Source of the DNA: Eledone cirrhosa | Taxonomy: Eukaryota | Assembly (NCBI GenBank): GCA_964016885.1 | Contig: OZ024747.1 | Coordinates: 41,788,001-41,852,000 of the forward strand | Length of the DNA stretch: 64,000 bases | Direction: 5' to 3' | Shown here: positions 12,148 through 25,212 of the stretch, piece after piece | Numbering within the stretch: position 1 is the stretch's first letter | How the letters are laid out: each line of letters starts with the position of its first letter | Position numbers and translations under genes: made by a program | Notes under the pieces: model-generated | The model's input: only the letters and a program-made list of their open reading frames with translations | Database searches by the model: none | What the model was told of the DNA's origin: nothing

Positions 12148-14344
12148 ATGCAGAAACAACATCTGAATATTTCTACAAAGAACATACCCGTACCAAGCAG
12201 GAAAACATACCTAAAACTCCTGATACAGAAAACAGACGCGTCCATTAAAAGGTTGCGTTGGCGTGCCTTTTATTTCGATAATCTACGAAAAGCAGACAAC
12301 AAACAGGATAAATTTGGGTTTAAAACCTATAATAACCCCCCATGTAACCCAGCATTGCTACCCTTCGAAAATGATGTCTTGGAACTCATACGGAGTATCA
12401 AATTTCAGAATAGGAGCAATTCCTTCCAGCAGGACCTGAAGAATAGAATTCGTTCTATTAAGGATTCTAATGCCATGCACGTCCATTCCGACAAAACTGG
12501 CAACCTATATCAAGTGAAGCGCAGTACTTACCATCAACTACTACATAATGCTGTAACTAAGGATTACCGTAAAACTAATCGGTGCGTCATCAATGAAATC
12601 AACGATGCTGGGTTTAAAATCACATCTGATCTCAACATCCTGGACCGGACCGAACCTCTGGACCCTATTTCTCCCCACTTTACCCTGAAGGATCACAAAT
12701 CCAATTTTCTGAACAACCCCTCTATTCGGCTTATTAACCCTACGAAGTCCGATTTAGGTAGACTTAGTAAAACGATTCTTGATAGAATTATACCTGAAAT
12801 TAGAAGTTTGGCCCCTCTTGCACTGTGGAACAATTCTTTCACGGTGATTGATTGGTTCAACGGCATATTTAACAAGGAACATTGCCGTTTTATCCAATTC
12901 GACATCAACAATTACTACTCCTCCATCACTTTACCACTTCTCCTTAGAGCTATCAATTTCGCTAAAACACTCACAGTGGTTAAGGATTTCGAAGTTGATG
13001 TCATCCTCAATGCCCGTAAGTCGGTGATTAATTTCGACGACTCTATTTGGATTAAAAAATCTAATAGTACCCCATTCGACGTGAGTATGGGCACCAGCGA
13101 TTCTGCGGAGGTTACTGATCTTATCGGCCTTTTCCTTCTTTTCTCTATCAAGGACGAATTCCCCAACGCGGGCGGTGGTTTGTACCATGATGATGGTCTG
13201 TTGACCATGACTAAGTGTGGACCTCGTGTTTGCAACAGGTTCAGAAAAGAACTCACAGCCTTCTTTAAAGGCTTCAACCTCTCTATACAGGTTGAGGCCA
13301 ATTTCTCGGTCGTTAATTACCTCGACGTTACCCTCAATTTATTGAATGGGTTGTATTACCTGTATAGAAAGCCGAATGATACGCTTAATTACATAAGTAA
13401 GCATTCCAACCATCCTGCCAGCATAACCAAGAACCTGGTAAGAAACGTTTCGTTGAGGCTTTCCTGTCTATCTACTAACGAGCATATTTTCAACGACCAT
13501 TCTACTTATTACAATGAAGCTCTTGCTCGGAGTGGATTTGTAGATAAGGTAGCATATACAGAGTACGAAAATAGACCTAGAAGAAATAGATCCCGTCGCA
13601 TTTGTTGGCATAACCCACCATATAATATGGAGGTGGCCACACCATTAGCTAAGATCTTTCTTTCCCTTATTACGAAGCATTTTCCTACACATAAATATAG
13701 TAAAATTTTTAATAGAAATACTATTAAAATTTCTTACTCTACGACTCCTAACCTTGCACATAACATCACAGCTTCAAATTTAGCTAAACTACCTAGTCGT
13801 AGGAACACATGCAACCCTGTAGTTAGTACTAACTGTAATTGTAGGAATCGGGTTGATTGCCTCCTATCCGGGAAATGCCTCTCTAGTAACATTGTCTACA
13901 AATGTAAGATTGAAATACCCACGTCCCGTAGTGTTAACTGCCAATAGATTCAAGCAGCGTCTTTACATGCATGCCCATTCTTTTCGTTACCCTCTAAGAA
14001 GGAATATGACGTCACTTTCAGCTTATATCTGGAGTCTAAAAGACAACTACACCCAATATAAGTTACACTGGGAGATCCTAGCTAGGGCTAGATCGTATAA
14101 TGGAAATAAAAGACCATGTGACCTCTGCGCTGCTGAGGCCCTGGAAATACTCTACGCCATAGACCACATCTTAAACAAAAAATCTGAGGCAATTTCAGCT
14201 TGTAAACATAAATTGCACAAAACTTTCCTGTATTACAGCCCCATGTTATATCCTAACGGAGAGTACGATCTATACATGGATATTTTACGTCTTGATGTGG
14301 TAGCTAAGTATATGTTTTGTTTATACCATTACTTATTTGCATAG
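12148..14344 (+). pseudogene. Naiad-type Penelope RT + GIY-YIG endonuclease ORF, frameshifted near 13935
   Basis: N-terminal KNIP...IKRLRWRAF..FGFK; DKTGN; RLINPTKSDLG; QFDINNYYSSI; YHDDGL; NYLDVTL; YRKPN; WHNPPY; CNCRNRVDC linker; IVYKC. The second frame gives FKQR..H..SF..TSLSAYIW and CDLC..E. The YIG motif is lost at the frameshift. Confidence 0.9.
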
Positions 14345-14579
14345 GTAAATATATATTACCTGTATGTTTTGTGAAGGTACGTATACCTTCTCGTACGTAT
14401 ATTTGATTGTATATATTATGGCGTATAATTTTATATATTCTGGTACATATGGTTTGGTTATGTGTATACGGGAGTTTTGCATCTGTGTGACAATCTTTTA
14501 ATAATGTCTTCCTTGTGAAATTTGTGGTCTTGTTTTGCTTAACTAATGAATATATATATATTATATATATATATATATT

Positions 14580-14962
14580 TATATAAGAAAGAAAGTAAGT
14601 GTTGGTAAAATCCAGTACTTCAGTATGCAGATAGGGAGCACTCAACGAAGATATAAGTTGCAGAGTTATAATAGTGATGAAAACATAAGTCAATTGCATG
14701 AACTCATAATTCTTTATTTACTGCTATATATATTTTGAGGTCAAATACCAACCCTACTAGCACCTACAAACTGACCAATGAGAATTAAGACTATTCCTGC
14801 TGACAACATTAAATTATTCCTAACAAGCTCATATGTCCCAAGGCTCTGATACCATGAACACTATAAACACAGAGCTGGCATATCAATGGCTATCATCGAA
14901 ATATATATAGCAGTAAATAAAGGATTATGAGTTCATGCAACTGACTTATGTTTTCGTCACTA
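14580..14962. mobile_element. Non-coding pLTR-like element with head-to-head inverted duplication
   Basis: About 65-bp inverted repeat (14670-14735 vs 14897-14962), GAAA-TATATA-TA-GCAGT half-hammerhead, GTTGAGTGCT motif on the minus strand, flanked by (TA)n. Confidence 0.6.
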
Positions 14963-15024
14963 TATATATATATCTATATTTATTTTGAATTTGTTGAATA
15001 ACCAACAAATTAAATATCTCTTTA

Positions 15025-15080
<56 letters not shown>

Positions 15081-15243
15081 CATCATCATCATCATCATCA
15101 TATATATAATATATATAATATATATAATTGTTTCTACTTTTGGCACAAGGCCAGCAATTATCCCAGTACATTACTGGTACTTTATTTTATCGACTCCATA
15201 AGGATGAAAGGCAAAGTTAACCTCGGCAGATATAATATATATA

Positions 15244-15272
<29 letters not shown>

Positions 15273-15274
<2 letters not shown>

Positions 15275-15598
15275 AGCAAAGAGATATTTAATTTGTTGGT
15301 TATTCAACAAATTTATTTATAACAGATTCGAAGCACTCTACAGATTTTCTGGAGTATAATATCAATTTTGGTATGCTCTCATCAGATAAAATACAAAATT
15401 TGTTTTATAACTGGTGACATACCCAAGAAACCAGTCCTTATCAAACTGAACCTGAACCGATAAGGTCTGGTTTCTTGGGTATGTCAATAATTTTTCTATT
15501 TTATCTGGTGAGAGCTTACCAACATTTTGGTACCCTTGAAATATATATAATAAAATAAATATGGTTTTATAAATATAGTTTCCATTTATTAATATCAT

Positions 15599-15600
<2 letters not shown>
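15273..15600 (-). mobile_element. Non-coding element with decayed hammerhead and 28-bp hairpin
   Basis: Minus strand UUUAU CUGAUGA GAGCA...UGCUUC GAAU CUG UU AUAAA (about 15316-15390). Hairpin at 15415-15485. Its 3' end is repeated in inverted orientation at 14985-15030. Confidence 0.55.
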
Positions 15601-15641
<41 letters not shown>

Positions 15642-16049
15642 ATATATATGTATATATATATATATATCATTTCATCATCATCATTTCATTTTATGTCCAC
15701 TTTTCCCTGCTTGCAAGGGTGGGACGGGAACTGATTCTGGCTTGATTTCTACAGCTGCATGCCCTTCCTAACACCAACCTCATTTACAGTGAGTGCTGGG
15801 TGCTTTTTTGCCATGGCACCTCCACGACCACTTTGCAGTGGAATGATAGGGACCCCAGTCCCTATCATCTCATTTCTACAGCTGAGTAAACTGGAGCAAT
15901 GAAATAAAGTGCCTTGCTTAAGGAAACAACACATCACCCGGTCTGAGAATTGAACTCATAACCTTTCGATTGCAAGGCCAATGCTCCAACCACTAAGCCA
16001 TGTGCCTCCATATATATATATATATATATACAATATATATATATATACA

Positions 16050-16080
<31 letters not shown>

Positions 16081-16202
16081 ATATATATATGTATATACAA
16101 TATATATATATATACAATATATATATATAAACAATATATATATATATATATATACAAAATATATATATACAATATATATATATATACAATATATATACTA
16201 TA

Positions 16203-17015
16203 CATTTCTTCTAAGTTTAAATTTACACCTAATTGTGTATGGTTGACGGTATATTTAGTCAGTTTCTACATGCTGTTGAAATGTTGGATAAATACTCTAT
16301 TGGGGTCACCACGAAGAGGCCGCTTTCGGTTATTTATCAAATATTTCTTCATAGGAGCCTTTATTCTTATAGCCTGGTCTAATTGATTTTTTATATGGTT
16401 AATTATGCTAATTGGGAGAGGAAATGGTATATATGTTATCTAATAATTCTAAGGACATGATTTATGATATATACAATATATATCATAAAACATGTCTATA
16501 GAATCACAAGATAAAATATATACCATTTCCTCTCCCAATTAGCATAATTAACTAGACCAGGCTATAAGAATGAGGCTTCTATGAAGAAATCTCCAACAAA
16601 TAACCGAAATTAGCCCTTCGCGTCGGCCACAACGAAATATTTATCGAATATTTCGACAGCGTAATTGCCCAGATACAGTCAACTAAACAGAATTAGGTGT
16701 AAAATAAACTAGGAGAAAATAGAATATATTTAAATACCTCTACCATGGTTTCATCCGCATTTTGAGCTTTCCAATAATTATGTAATAATTATATAAACTC
16801 GAGCACCGGATTCATCAGGAGATTTGCTCTTATCTAGACACTAAATTTTCCAAAGTGATCGCGCCAAGAATTCATTCAAAATGGCTAAGGATCGTGACGT
16901 AGTCGCGGTCAGGTTGGAAGGGGTGTGGTAGTTGCTTACGACTGGTGGCATTTTTGCTAGAAAGCACAGCACAATACAGCCAAATTTGTATCTCAACCTA
17001 ATGGGAGATTATTAC
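16203..17015. mobile_element. Tail-to-tail pair of non-coding hammerhead elements (about 535-nt copy on minus, partial copy on plus)
   Basis: 16203-16470 is an imperfect reverse complement of 16480-16725, centred on a short TA run. Confidence 0.8.
16733..16825 (-). ncRNA. Type I hammerhead ribozyme, canonical core
   Basis: UCUC CUGAUGA AUCCG [about 50-nt extension] CGGAU GAAA CCAUGG UA GAGG. Palindromic stem III; GUA cleavage triplet. Confidence 0.85.
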
Positions 17016-17606
17016 ATATAAAAGTTTACATATGTATATATACATATATATACATATACGTGTTTTGCAACGGGTCACTTTGTGGCTCAATGAAAAATTA
17101 ATAAATTAAATAATCAGAGAGAGAGCAGATAAGCACATTTTTGATTATCCGGCATTAATATTTTCAGATGCAGTCTAGGAAGTTTGTGTGTAAAGCAGCA
17201 ACAGATTCCTTAATATGTGAACCATACTCTAATCTGGGACATATCCTTTGTAGAAGGTCAATAACTTGTTTGATCTGAGGGATGTATTTGTTATAAATGT
17301 TATAGATATATGGTTGCTATGAAAGAACATCAACAATTATGAAATCTAGCATATATGCTATTCATGCATAGGTAGAATGCAGTGTTGATGTGCAACACTG
17401 AACTCAAATCACCAATGGACAAAGCTTATGCATTAAAATGTATTGCATCAGAATCACAAAGATACCCCTAGTGTATTCTGTATTGGTATTTCTTGAATAT
17501 TGAGAATGACAATCTAGAGTGTCTAAGGGACTTAAACTAATATACAAACACTACAAGAGATACAACAAAAGAAGTGGTAGTAATGCCATGATTAACAATA
17601 GAATAC

Positions 17607-17789
17607 CTGAGAACAGAGGAAAGCATCTTCATGAAAATAACCCTGAATTAATTCACAGTGTTGTCGTGTGGTTATAAAACATTCTCCCTGGATACCATGA
17701 CAACATGGATGGGCTATAATTTCACATGACATGTGGGGATCAATTTGGCTTACTTTTGATTGATTTGGTCTGACAACATCTTCACAAAT
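17607..17789 (-). CDS. RHBDF1: iRhom exon, Cys-rich IRHD
   Basis: cag|ATT...CAG|gtattc. [43 protein letters not shown]. Confidence 0.96.
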
Positions 17790-19457
17790 CTGGAAGAAAA
17801 TAAAAGCAAAATACAATTTTCTAATTAATTTTCAATACAATTTTATTTTTATTTATTCTAAAACAAAGTCTAAAGACTGTTTTGAGCCTGGAGGCTGATC
17901 GGGTTTCCATGCCATTATACAGCTGAGAGTAAAAGACTTCCCCTTGGACAGGGTTAAACCCCAGCTATTGCTGGTACTCTTCAGCTGAGTATACTGAAGC
18001 AATGTGAAATGAAGTGTTTTGCTCAAGAACACAACACACAACCTAGTCCAGTAATCGAACCCACAACATTATGATTGTAAGTCCCACACACTTACCACCA
18101 GGCCACGCCTATTTTTTTTTTTATTTATTATTGATTAATAATGATTCCTCTGTGTTAACATGGGTAGGGGAGATTTTGTGTAATTCTACAACTAACCAGT
18201 CTATTATCAAATAAAAACTGAGGCAATCATATCAATGTACATTGGCTAAGAAGCAAAACATAATGGATATGTAAGTGCTATTCCATCAGTTCTAATAATG
18301 ATTGTTCCAGTTGATTCAATCAAATCAAAAGAACAACCTGCTCATTAAATTAACATGCAAGTGGCTGCGTATTCTATAGTCAGATGTACCCTTACTGTAA
18401 TTCTCAAAGAGAATCAATGTGACAGTGTAACAAGGCTCACTCTTTGAATTACAAGTACAACCAACCCTAATCATATAATGAGATCAACAAGCCCATTTGA
18501 GGGAAGCAAGTAAATTCCACTACTTGCTATAAAAAACAGACAAACCTTCCCCTAAATACTCTATTGTCTTCACAAATCAAGAGCACATTTATTTATGTAG
18601 TCCCAGATATACAATGTGTGAGGAAAATAAAATGGCCTGGTCACAGCTAGAACACATTAAATTGATGTTCTGCTCAATCAGGCCTGAGCTGTAAAAACAT
18701 CAATAATCACAACATGCATGCATCTCCTCTGCAGGTCTGAATATAAGAGATTTTTTCCAGAGAAGGATAGAGTATGAGAGAATGGAAATGAGAAAGGTAT
18801 ATAGAGGGAGAATCGACCCCGGTACTTGATTGGTACATTTTTTATCGATATCAAATAGATGAAAGGCAAAGCTGACCTCGGTGGGATTTGAACCCAGAGA
18901 GCAGAGAGCCAAAACAAATACCACAATGCATTCTATCTGACATTCTAACCACTCTGCCAAAAAGTGTAATGAAATTTAATTGTGAAACTTTAATAATGGT
19001 TTCTGATTTAGACACAAGGCCAACAATTTGGGGGCGAGGGGTAAGTTGATTAAATCAACCCCAATGTGTTACTAGTGCTTTATTTTATTGATCCTGTATT
19101 ATTAGCCTCGGCGGGATTTGAACTCAAACCTTAAAGGGCTGTAACCATATGCCGCAAAATATGGTGTCAGATGCTCTACCGATAATACCAATCAACTTTA
19201 ATAATACAACAAATCAATCTATAATGAGGTAGGAGTGTAAGAAACAGCTGTCAGTTAGGCAAAAATAAAAAGATTTCTTTTGACTAAGTATAGTTTCAGG
19301 TTTTTATCAGAGTAAATGTAAGTATGTTTGATTGCATTAAGTCAGTAAACTCAAACTCAGAACAAATATTGCAAGGCATTCTACCCTACATTCTAACAAC
19401 ACTGCCAACTTACCACATATAAGTAGGTGTATATGTAATATTTAAAAACAATCTTAC

Positions 19458-19521
19458 CGGCCAGTTCAATATGTTCTTATCCCATTCAAAGGGAGGTTGT
19501 GATGCTGGTTTGTTGCAATAT
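19458..19521 (-). CDS. RHBDF1: iRhom exon, IRHD
   Basis: cag|A TAT...CCG|gtaaga. YCNKPASQPPFEWDKNILNWP. Confidence 0.93.
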
Positions 19522-20919
19522 CTGTAAATAGAAAAATACAGACAAGTTAAGACTCTAAAGAAAGATGACTTGGTACAGATCTTTATTAATCAGAGAAAAC
19601 CTAGGTATGACTGACTGAATCGTAATATAATTACAATATTCCAAAATCAATAATCAAGGGTCTTCTCAATCCTGTTGGATAAACCCCTCCCTGGTTGACA
19701 TCCATCACTTCCTATCTCTGGCCATGTGGAGCTGAGGTATTGGGTTACATCATCACACCATCTAGCCTTTGGCTTCTCTCTGGTCCTTCTCCACTGCTTT
19801 GATGTCCTCTCTGTCACTCTAATAGTTCACAATATACTCCAATGGCTCACAGTGGGACTGAATTGCAGTTAAGGAGAATCACTCACTAGTTACACATTAA
19901 CCCTGCTGCCTACAGGTGATCTGTTCTTCTATGTGCTACCTAAATACAATTAATTAGTCTGAACTAATGACAACTGAGTGTCTGGACCAAGAATATAGAG
20001 TTATATGTGTGTATATGCATGTTTCTCAAATATGTAGCTATATTTATATAAATATTTATTTAGATTTCCTTGTAGTAATTATGAGCAAAGCTTCTCCATT
20101 ACTAGATGGCATCTATGTTTCCATAACTAAGAACAATTTCATGTATTCTTTTATGTGCATATCTATATATTTTTTTAGTTTCTGTGATGGTGGTCGTGGT
20201 AGGTAACTTCACATTGTAATCAATGGTAAGCTGTCTCTCAGAGATCATTTGTGTAACATTTCAATACAACATGGTCAGATGGTTAAGAAGTTCACTTGTT
20301 GGTTTCAATCCCACTGTGAGGCAAACTCAACCCACAAGCTTGCTAGAAAAATACATAAATCATCATCATCATCCTTTTTTAACATCTATTTTTCCTGCTA
20401 GCAAGAGTTGGACATGTTGTCACAGAGCAGTTACTACTCAAACAGAGCCTCTGAACTCCAAGTGGGCTAGAGGACCAACACATGATCCTGCACTATACTC
20501 AGTACATTTTATTGTGGCTCCAACATTAGGAAAGTCGTCATGTCTTTAGTACAGCTGAAGAGTCTTTCCAACACTTTGTTTGGCTAGATGCTCTTCCTAT
20601 TTATGGCCAACCAATAATAGAGTCTATTACATGATCGTTTATTGTGTGATGACCAACACTAGGAATGTTGCCATGTCTATAGCAATAGTTGAGGGTTTAA
20701 CCCTGCAATAGACTGGCATCCTGTGCAGGGGAAGGCTTGTACTCACATGCCACTGAAACCAGGATAAACACCGGCTTGATGAGCCTCCAGGCTTGAAACA
20801 GACTTTAGACTTTTTTTTAGCTCAGTTATGGCTAAACAACAACAACAAAACACACATTAACTATAAATAGAACAAAAAACAGATAGCTCAGCAATATAAA
20901 GGGAAAATGATATACTCAC

Positions 20920-21005
20920 TCTGGATCAAGACCACACACAGTTTGTATGCGTCTCTGTTGATTTTCATACATCACCTTAGCATCATAAAATGTGGATAAT
21001 GTTTC
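20920..21005 (-). CDS. RHBDF1: iRhom exon, IRHD
   Basis: tag|GAA...GA|gtgagt. ETLSTFYDAKVMYENQQRRIQTVCGLDP(E), with the VCGxDP motif. Confidence 0.92.
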
Positions 21006-21144
21006 CTAGAAGTATATGGAGAGAACATCACAAAGGTGTCAGTTTACATACAAAGATACATTTGAATTCAAATGTTGTAATTAAACAAGGTTCCATAATA
21101 AAAAGCACCTAGTACACTCTGTAATGCAATAGTGTTGGTGCCAC

Positions 21145-21355
21145 GATGAAAAACATCCAGTCCACCTTGTATGGTGGTAGTGTTAATACCATGATGAAAA
21201 GCACCCAGTCCACCTTGTATAGTGGTTGTGTTGTTGCCATGATGAAAAGCACCCAGTCCACCTTGTATAGTGGTTGTGTTGTTGCCATGATGAAAAGCAC
21301 CCAGTCCACCTTGTATAGTGGTTGTGTTGTTGCCATGATGAAAAGCACCCAGTTC
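21145..21355. repeat. 57-bp minisatellite, about 3.7 copies
   Basis: Repeated ccatgatgaaaagcacccagtccaccttgtatagtggttgtgttgttg; gives the repetitive ORFs at 21068-21364. Confidence 0.9.
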
Positions 21356-21849
21356 ATCCAATAAAATGATAATGTTGGTATTTCAACAAAAACATCCAGT
21401 CCACCCTGTAAGATGGTAGTGCTGGAGTCACGATAATATGGTTTTCAGTACACACTGTAAAGTGGTTGGCGTTAGGAAGGGCATCAAGCTGTAGAAAACC
21501 AAGCCAGAAACAGTGAGCATACAAGTAGGACATAGTCACCTGATCAGTTATACATCACTATATAACAGCTTGTCTAACCGATACAAGCAGGAAAATAGAC
21601 ATTAAATAGTGACAATGATAATGGTAATGACGACAAATTAATTTCAAATCAATATGAGCCCAACATATACACACAACTTTAAAAAATGCGAATCATCATT
21701 ATCATCATCATCACCATTTAACATCCATTTACCACACTAACATGGGTTACATGTGTTGCTCCATTTGAGGCAAGTCATATCAGATGACTGTGTCTTGCTC
21801 ATACGGAACAGTTTCTGGCTTAGTTTCTACAGCTGGATGCCCTTCCTAA

Positions 21850-22390
21850 CACCAACCACATTTACAGTGTAGACTGAGTGCTTTTTATCACGGCACTAAC
21901 ATGACCACTTTACAATGTAGACTGGGTGCTTTTTGTCAGATCACCTAGACGACCACTTTATAGTGTGGATTGGCCAATTTTTTTTTTACATTAGAATGAC
22001 CACTTACCAATGTGGACAGGATGCTTTTTGTCATGGAAACACTTTACAGTGTAGACTGGGTGCTTTTTGTCAAGGCATCAAAATGATCACTTTATAGTGT
22101 GGACTGTGCTTTTGGTCGTTATAGTGTGGACTGTGTGCTTTTTGTTGTTATAGTGTGAACCGTGTGCTTTTTGTCATTATAGTGTGGACTGTGTGCTTTT
22201 TGTCTTTATAGTGTCGACTGGGTACTTTTGGTTGTTATAGTGTCGACTGGGTACTTTTGGTCGTTATAGTGTCGACTGGGTACTTTTGGTCGTTACTGTG
22301 TGCTTTTTGTCATGTCACCAAGATGATCACTTTACAGTGTGGACTGGATGTTTTTTATTGTGCCACCAAGATGACCAATTTACAGTATGG
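21850..22390. repeat. Degenerate tandem array (about 31-45-bp units) inside a SINE/RTE-like element
   Basis: Recurrent tatagtgtggactg(g/t)gtgctttttgtc. Confidence 0.8.
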
Positions 22391-22474
22391 GTGACATAAA
22401 ATTTAGTTCCAGCAAAAATTACACATGAATCATGCTAAATGAATAAAAGGTGAAATGGTAATGATAGACTATTA

Positions 22475-22854
22475 TCTATCTATATACTACTAAAATTCTG
22501 TGATTGCTTGCTTGTCTGTAATGTAATACAACCAAAAAGGAGCATAATAGGAAAATACTTTGAAAGAAAGTTACCCCTGAAATAGGAATACAAATGGAAT
22601 AAAACAAGTTTTGCGTAAATCGGATCACGGGTTCCCGAGATATGGGGTTTTCTGGGTACCTTCATAGAGAGAAAGAGAAGGATAGAGAGAAAGAAGAGAT
22701 AGTGGTTGTGAGAGAGTAGACTGAGAGAGAAGGATACAGAGAAGGAAAATGGAAGAGAGAGAGCTGGTGGTGTTCTTGAATGAAATTACAACCTGTGACT
22801 TCAAAGAAATGAATACAGCATTACTGTATCCTGGTAAATAGAAAGGGTTTCTAA

Positions 22855-22894
<40 letters not shown>

Positions 22895-23059
22895 CTGTCT
22901 GTTACCGGTGTATATAGGTCACAGACACCTACACACACACACACACATATATATGGGCCTTCCAATTTAATTTTACATTATATACATGTCTGTGTATATG
23001 TTAATTATTTTTAAATTATTTTTTAGTGAACGTGACCCAACAGGTCACAGGTGGTCTAG
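22475..23059 (+). mobile_element. Non-autonomous Helitron (about 585 bp)
   Basis: A|TC start; 3' hairpin GTGACC-caaca-GGTCAC, then CTAG|T. Homologous to the ends of 48136-54294. Confidence 0.8.
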
Positions 23060-23564
23060 TTAAGATTAAATTTGATTACAGGTATTGTCTTGTTCCCTTA
23101 CTTAATTTTGGGTAACGGATTTCACCAGGTTTAACCCAGCTACCTGATCCTTGAGTGCCTTTAGCAGAGTCTACTCTGTCTGTGGTGATAAACTTAATCT
23201 CTCACCAGGTTTAACACTAACACCACACAAAGACAAATTCTTTAGTTACTACATTTCTAACAAAAGACACTGCTAATAATTTTCAAATAATTCTGAAAAT
23301 AATCAAGAATTTGGAAAGATTTAGCAATATAATTATATTTGTCATTATTAAGTAGGTGTTTAGAGTCAAACGTTCTTACATAAAATTACGATGAAAGGTT
23401 TTTAGATAAATATAAACACTTTAAATAAAGTTTCACATCATAGAATCAGAGGCTATTTCAGGCTGTTTTAATATCTAAAATGTGTTAATGGCTACAGTAA
23501 CCCAGCTTATGGTTCTTCTAATTTTCTTGGTGTTCTCATTTTCATTGTTACTTACACTGCACAC

Positions 23565-24125
23565 AAGTGATGGAAGACAGGAGGCTGAATTAAGTGCAAG
23601 AATTGCAGGAGTTGGTGCAGTAATGCGCCCTCTTCAGCATTCGGTAATCAGAAGAAGGGAGGTAGGTGTAAAAGCCAATCTCGGTATTCATGCCAACTCT
23701 TACCTATTGTTATGAATCTTGGGTAATGACCGAAAGAATACAATTGTGAATAGAAGTGGCCGGAATGGAGTTCTTCTGAAGGGTCTTTGGAGAAACGTTA
23801 TTTGATAGAATGCGTAGCTCGAAGATCAGAGAGTCACTTGGGTAGAGCTGCTACTTCTCTGAATTGAGAGATCACAGTTCCGATACTATGGGCATGGGGT
23901 TAGAATGTCTCAGGAAAGAATCAGTGGACAGATTTTACAGGCAAAACCAACCAGCAAAGAGACCCATGGGTAGACCCCAAGCAAGATGGTTGGATAACAT
24001 CCAAAAGCTTGGCTGGTTTTGCTTGGGGATCCAGCCAGATCAGATGGAGACAGATGCTTCTGACATGGAAGGAGTGTTTGAGGACTCTGCTCCTATGACG
24101 CTCTCAGGAATATGTGGGCGAAGAA
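23565..24125 (+). mobile_element. Decayed RTE-like LINE 3' fragment (separate family)
   Basis: EAELSARIA.., GRPQARWLD. Second copy at about 35130-35810(-). Confidence 0.7.
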
Positions 24126-24140
24126 AAAGAAGAGACTTAC

Positions 24141-24302
24141 ACAGCATCTTTTTTTATTCATCTGGGCACATCCAGAACCATCATTACGGATGCAGCAAGC
24201 TGATGAATTTTCAAGCTGTCGGTCTTTATCTAAAGCATTTAATATATTCTTATCTCTCCGCATGCATGGAGAATATTTGGCACCCAAATGAATCAGATCA
24301 GC
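24141..24302 (-). CDS. RHBDF1: iRhom exon, IRHD
   Basis: tag|GCT...TGT|gtaagt. ADLIHLGAKYSPCMRRD...SACCIRNDGSGCAQ is hallmark iRhom homology domain sequence. Confidence 0.96.
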
Positions 24303-24455
24303 CTAAGAAAACATGAAAGAAATTGTTAGGGATATTCAAACAATAAAACGGGATAAAACTTTACGGCCATACAAATTCCACCATGATCAACTTTGTTTCG
24401 TCCTTCTGGGGGTCAATAAAATAAGTACCAGTCAAATACTGGGGTTGATATAATA

Positions 24456-24772
24456 CAGGGTTTCCCAACCTGGGTGATTTCAACTGTTGAGTGGGAGATG
24501 AGCAACTGAACAAAAAATGGTGCGCCATTGGAAATTTTAGTGAATGATATAAGATTTTGAGTATTTAGAAGGTATTTCAACATATGCTACCTGGAGATAT
24601 ACAAAGAACCTGTATAAAAAAGAAATAGGAGGCTAAATGGGAATAATGAATCAGTAACAAACTTTTACCAAACATTTTTGGTGTGTTTTTGAATATTTAC
24701 TTTACAGGTGGGCTGTGGAAAATGTTTCCATATGAAAGTGGGCTATTACACAAAAAAGGTTGGGAATCCCTG
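24456..24772. mobile_element. hAT-like MITE inserted in a SINE
   Basis: TIRs CAGGGTTTCCCAACCT ... AGGTTGGGAATCCCTG; imperfect 8-bp flanks atataata/ctataatc. Confidence 0.7.
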
Positions 24773-25212
24773 CTATAATCGACTTTTCCCTCCCTCCAGA
24801 ATTGCTGGCTTTGTGCCTATCATCATCATCATCGTTTAACATCTATCTTCCACACTATCATGCCTATATTAAAAATAATTATTATAAGAGTGTGTGTGTG
24901 AAATGATGTGTTTGTTTTTACTAATGTAATATGTCGTTATAAATGTGATGTGAGTGTATTTAATTAAGTAGTTATATCATTATAAATGTGTGTCTGAGTG
25001 TGGATTTACTTGTGTAGTTATATTATTATAAATGAGTGTGAGTGTGTGTGCATGTGTGTGTGTGTTTGTATTTACTCATGTAGTTATCATCATAGATATA
25101 TGTGTGTGTGTGTATGTATGCATGTGTGAATATGTAGTTGCTGTTATAAATGTATGCGTGTACTGATATGCTTACTTTTAGCTAAAATAATAACCCTCCG
25201 GCCATATATTAC

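Larger units (their letters stand above)
11395..14550 (+). mobile_element. Penelope-like element, Naiad-type, with inverted 5' pseudo-LTR
   Basis: Inverted UTR/pLTR at about 11395-12080, followed by the RT/GIY-YIG ORF. Both ends lie in (TA)n. Confidence 0.85.

Noticed and set aside
12148-13947. Selenocysteine recoding, as reported for some Naiad elements
   Set aside because: No in-frame TGA in the RT ORF; the break near 13935 is a frameshifting deletion.
15362-15670. 102-aa minus-strand ORF as an extra iRhom exon
   Set aside because: Exons 17607 and 2570 already join in phase with a continuous conserved sequence (CSQ-VDC); the ORF lies within a hairpin repeat element.
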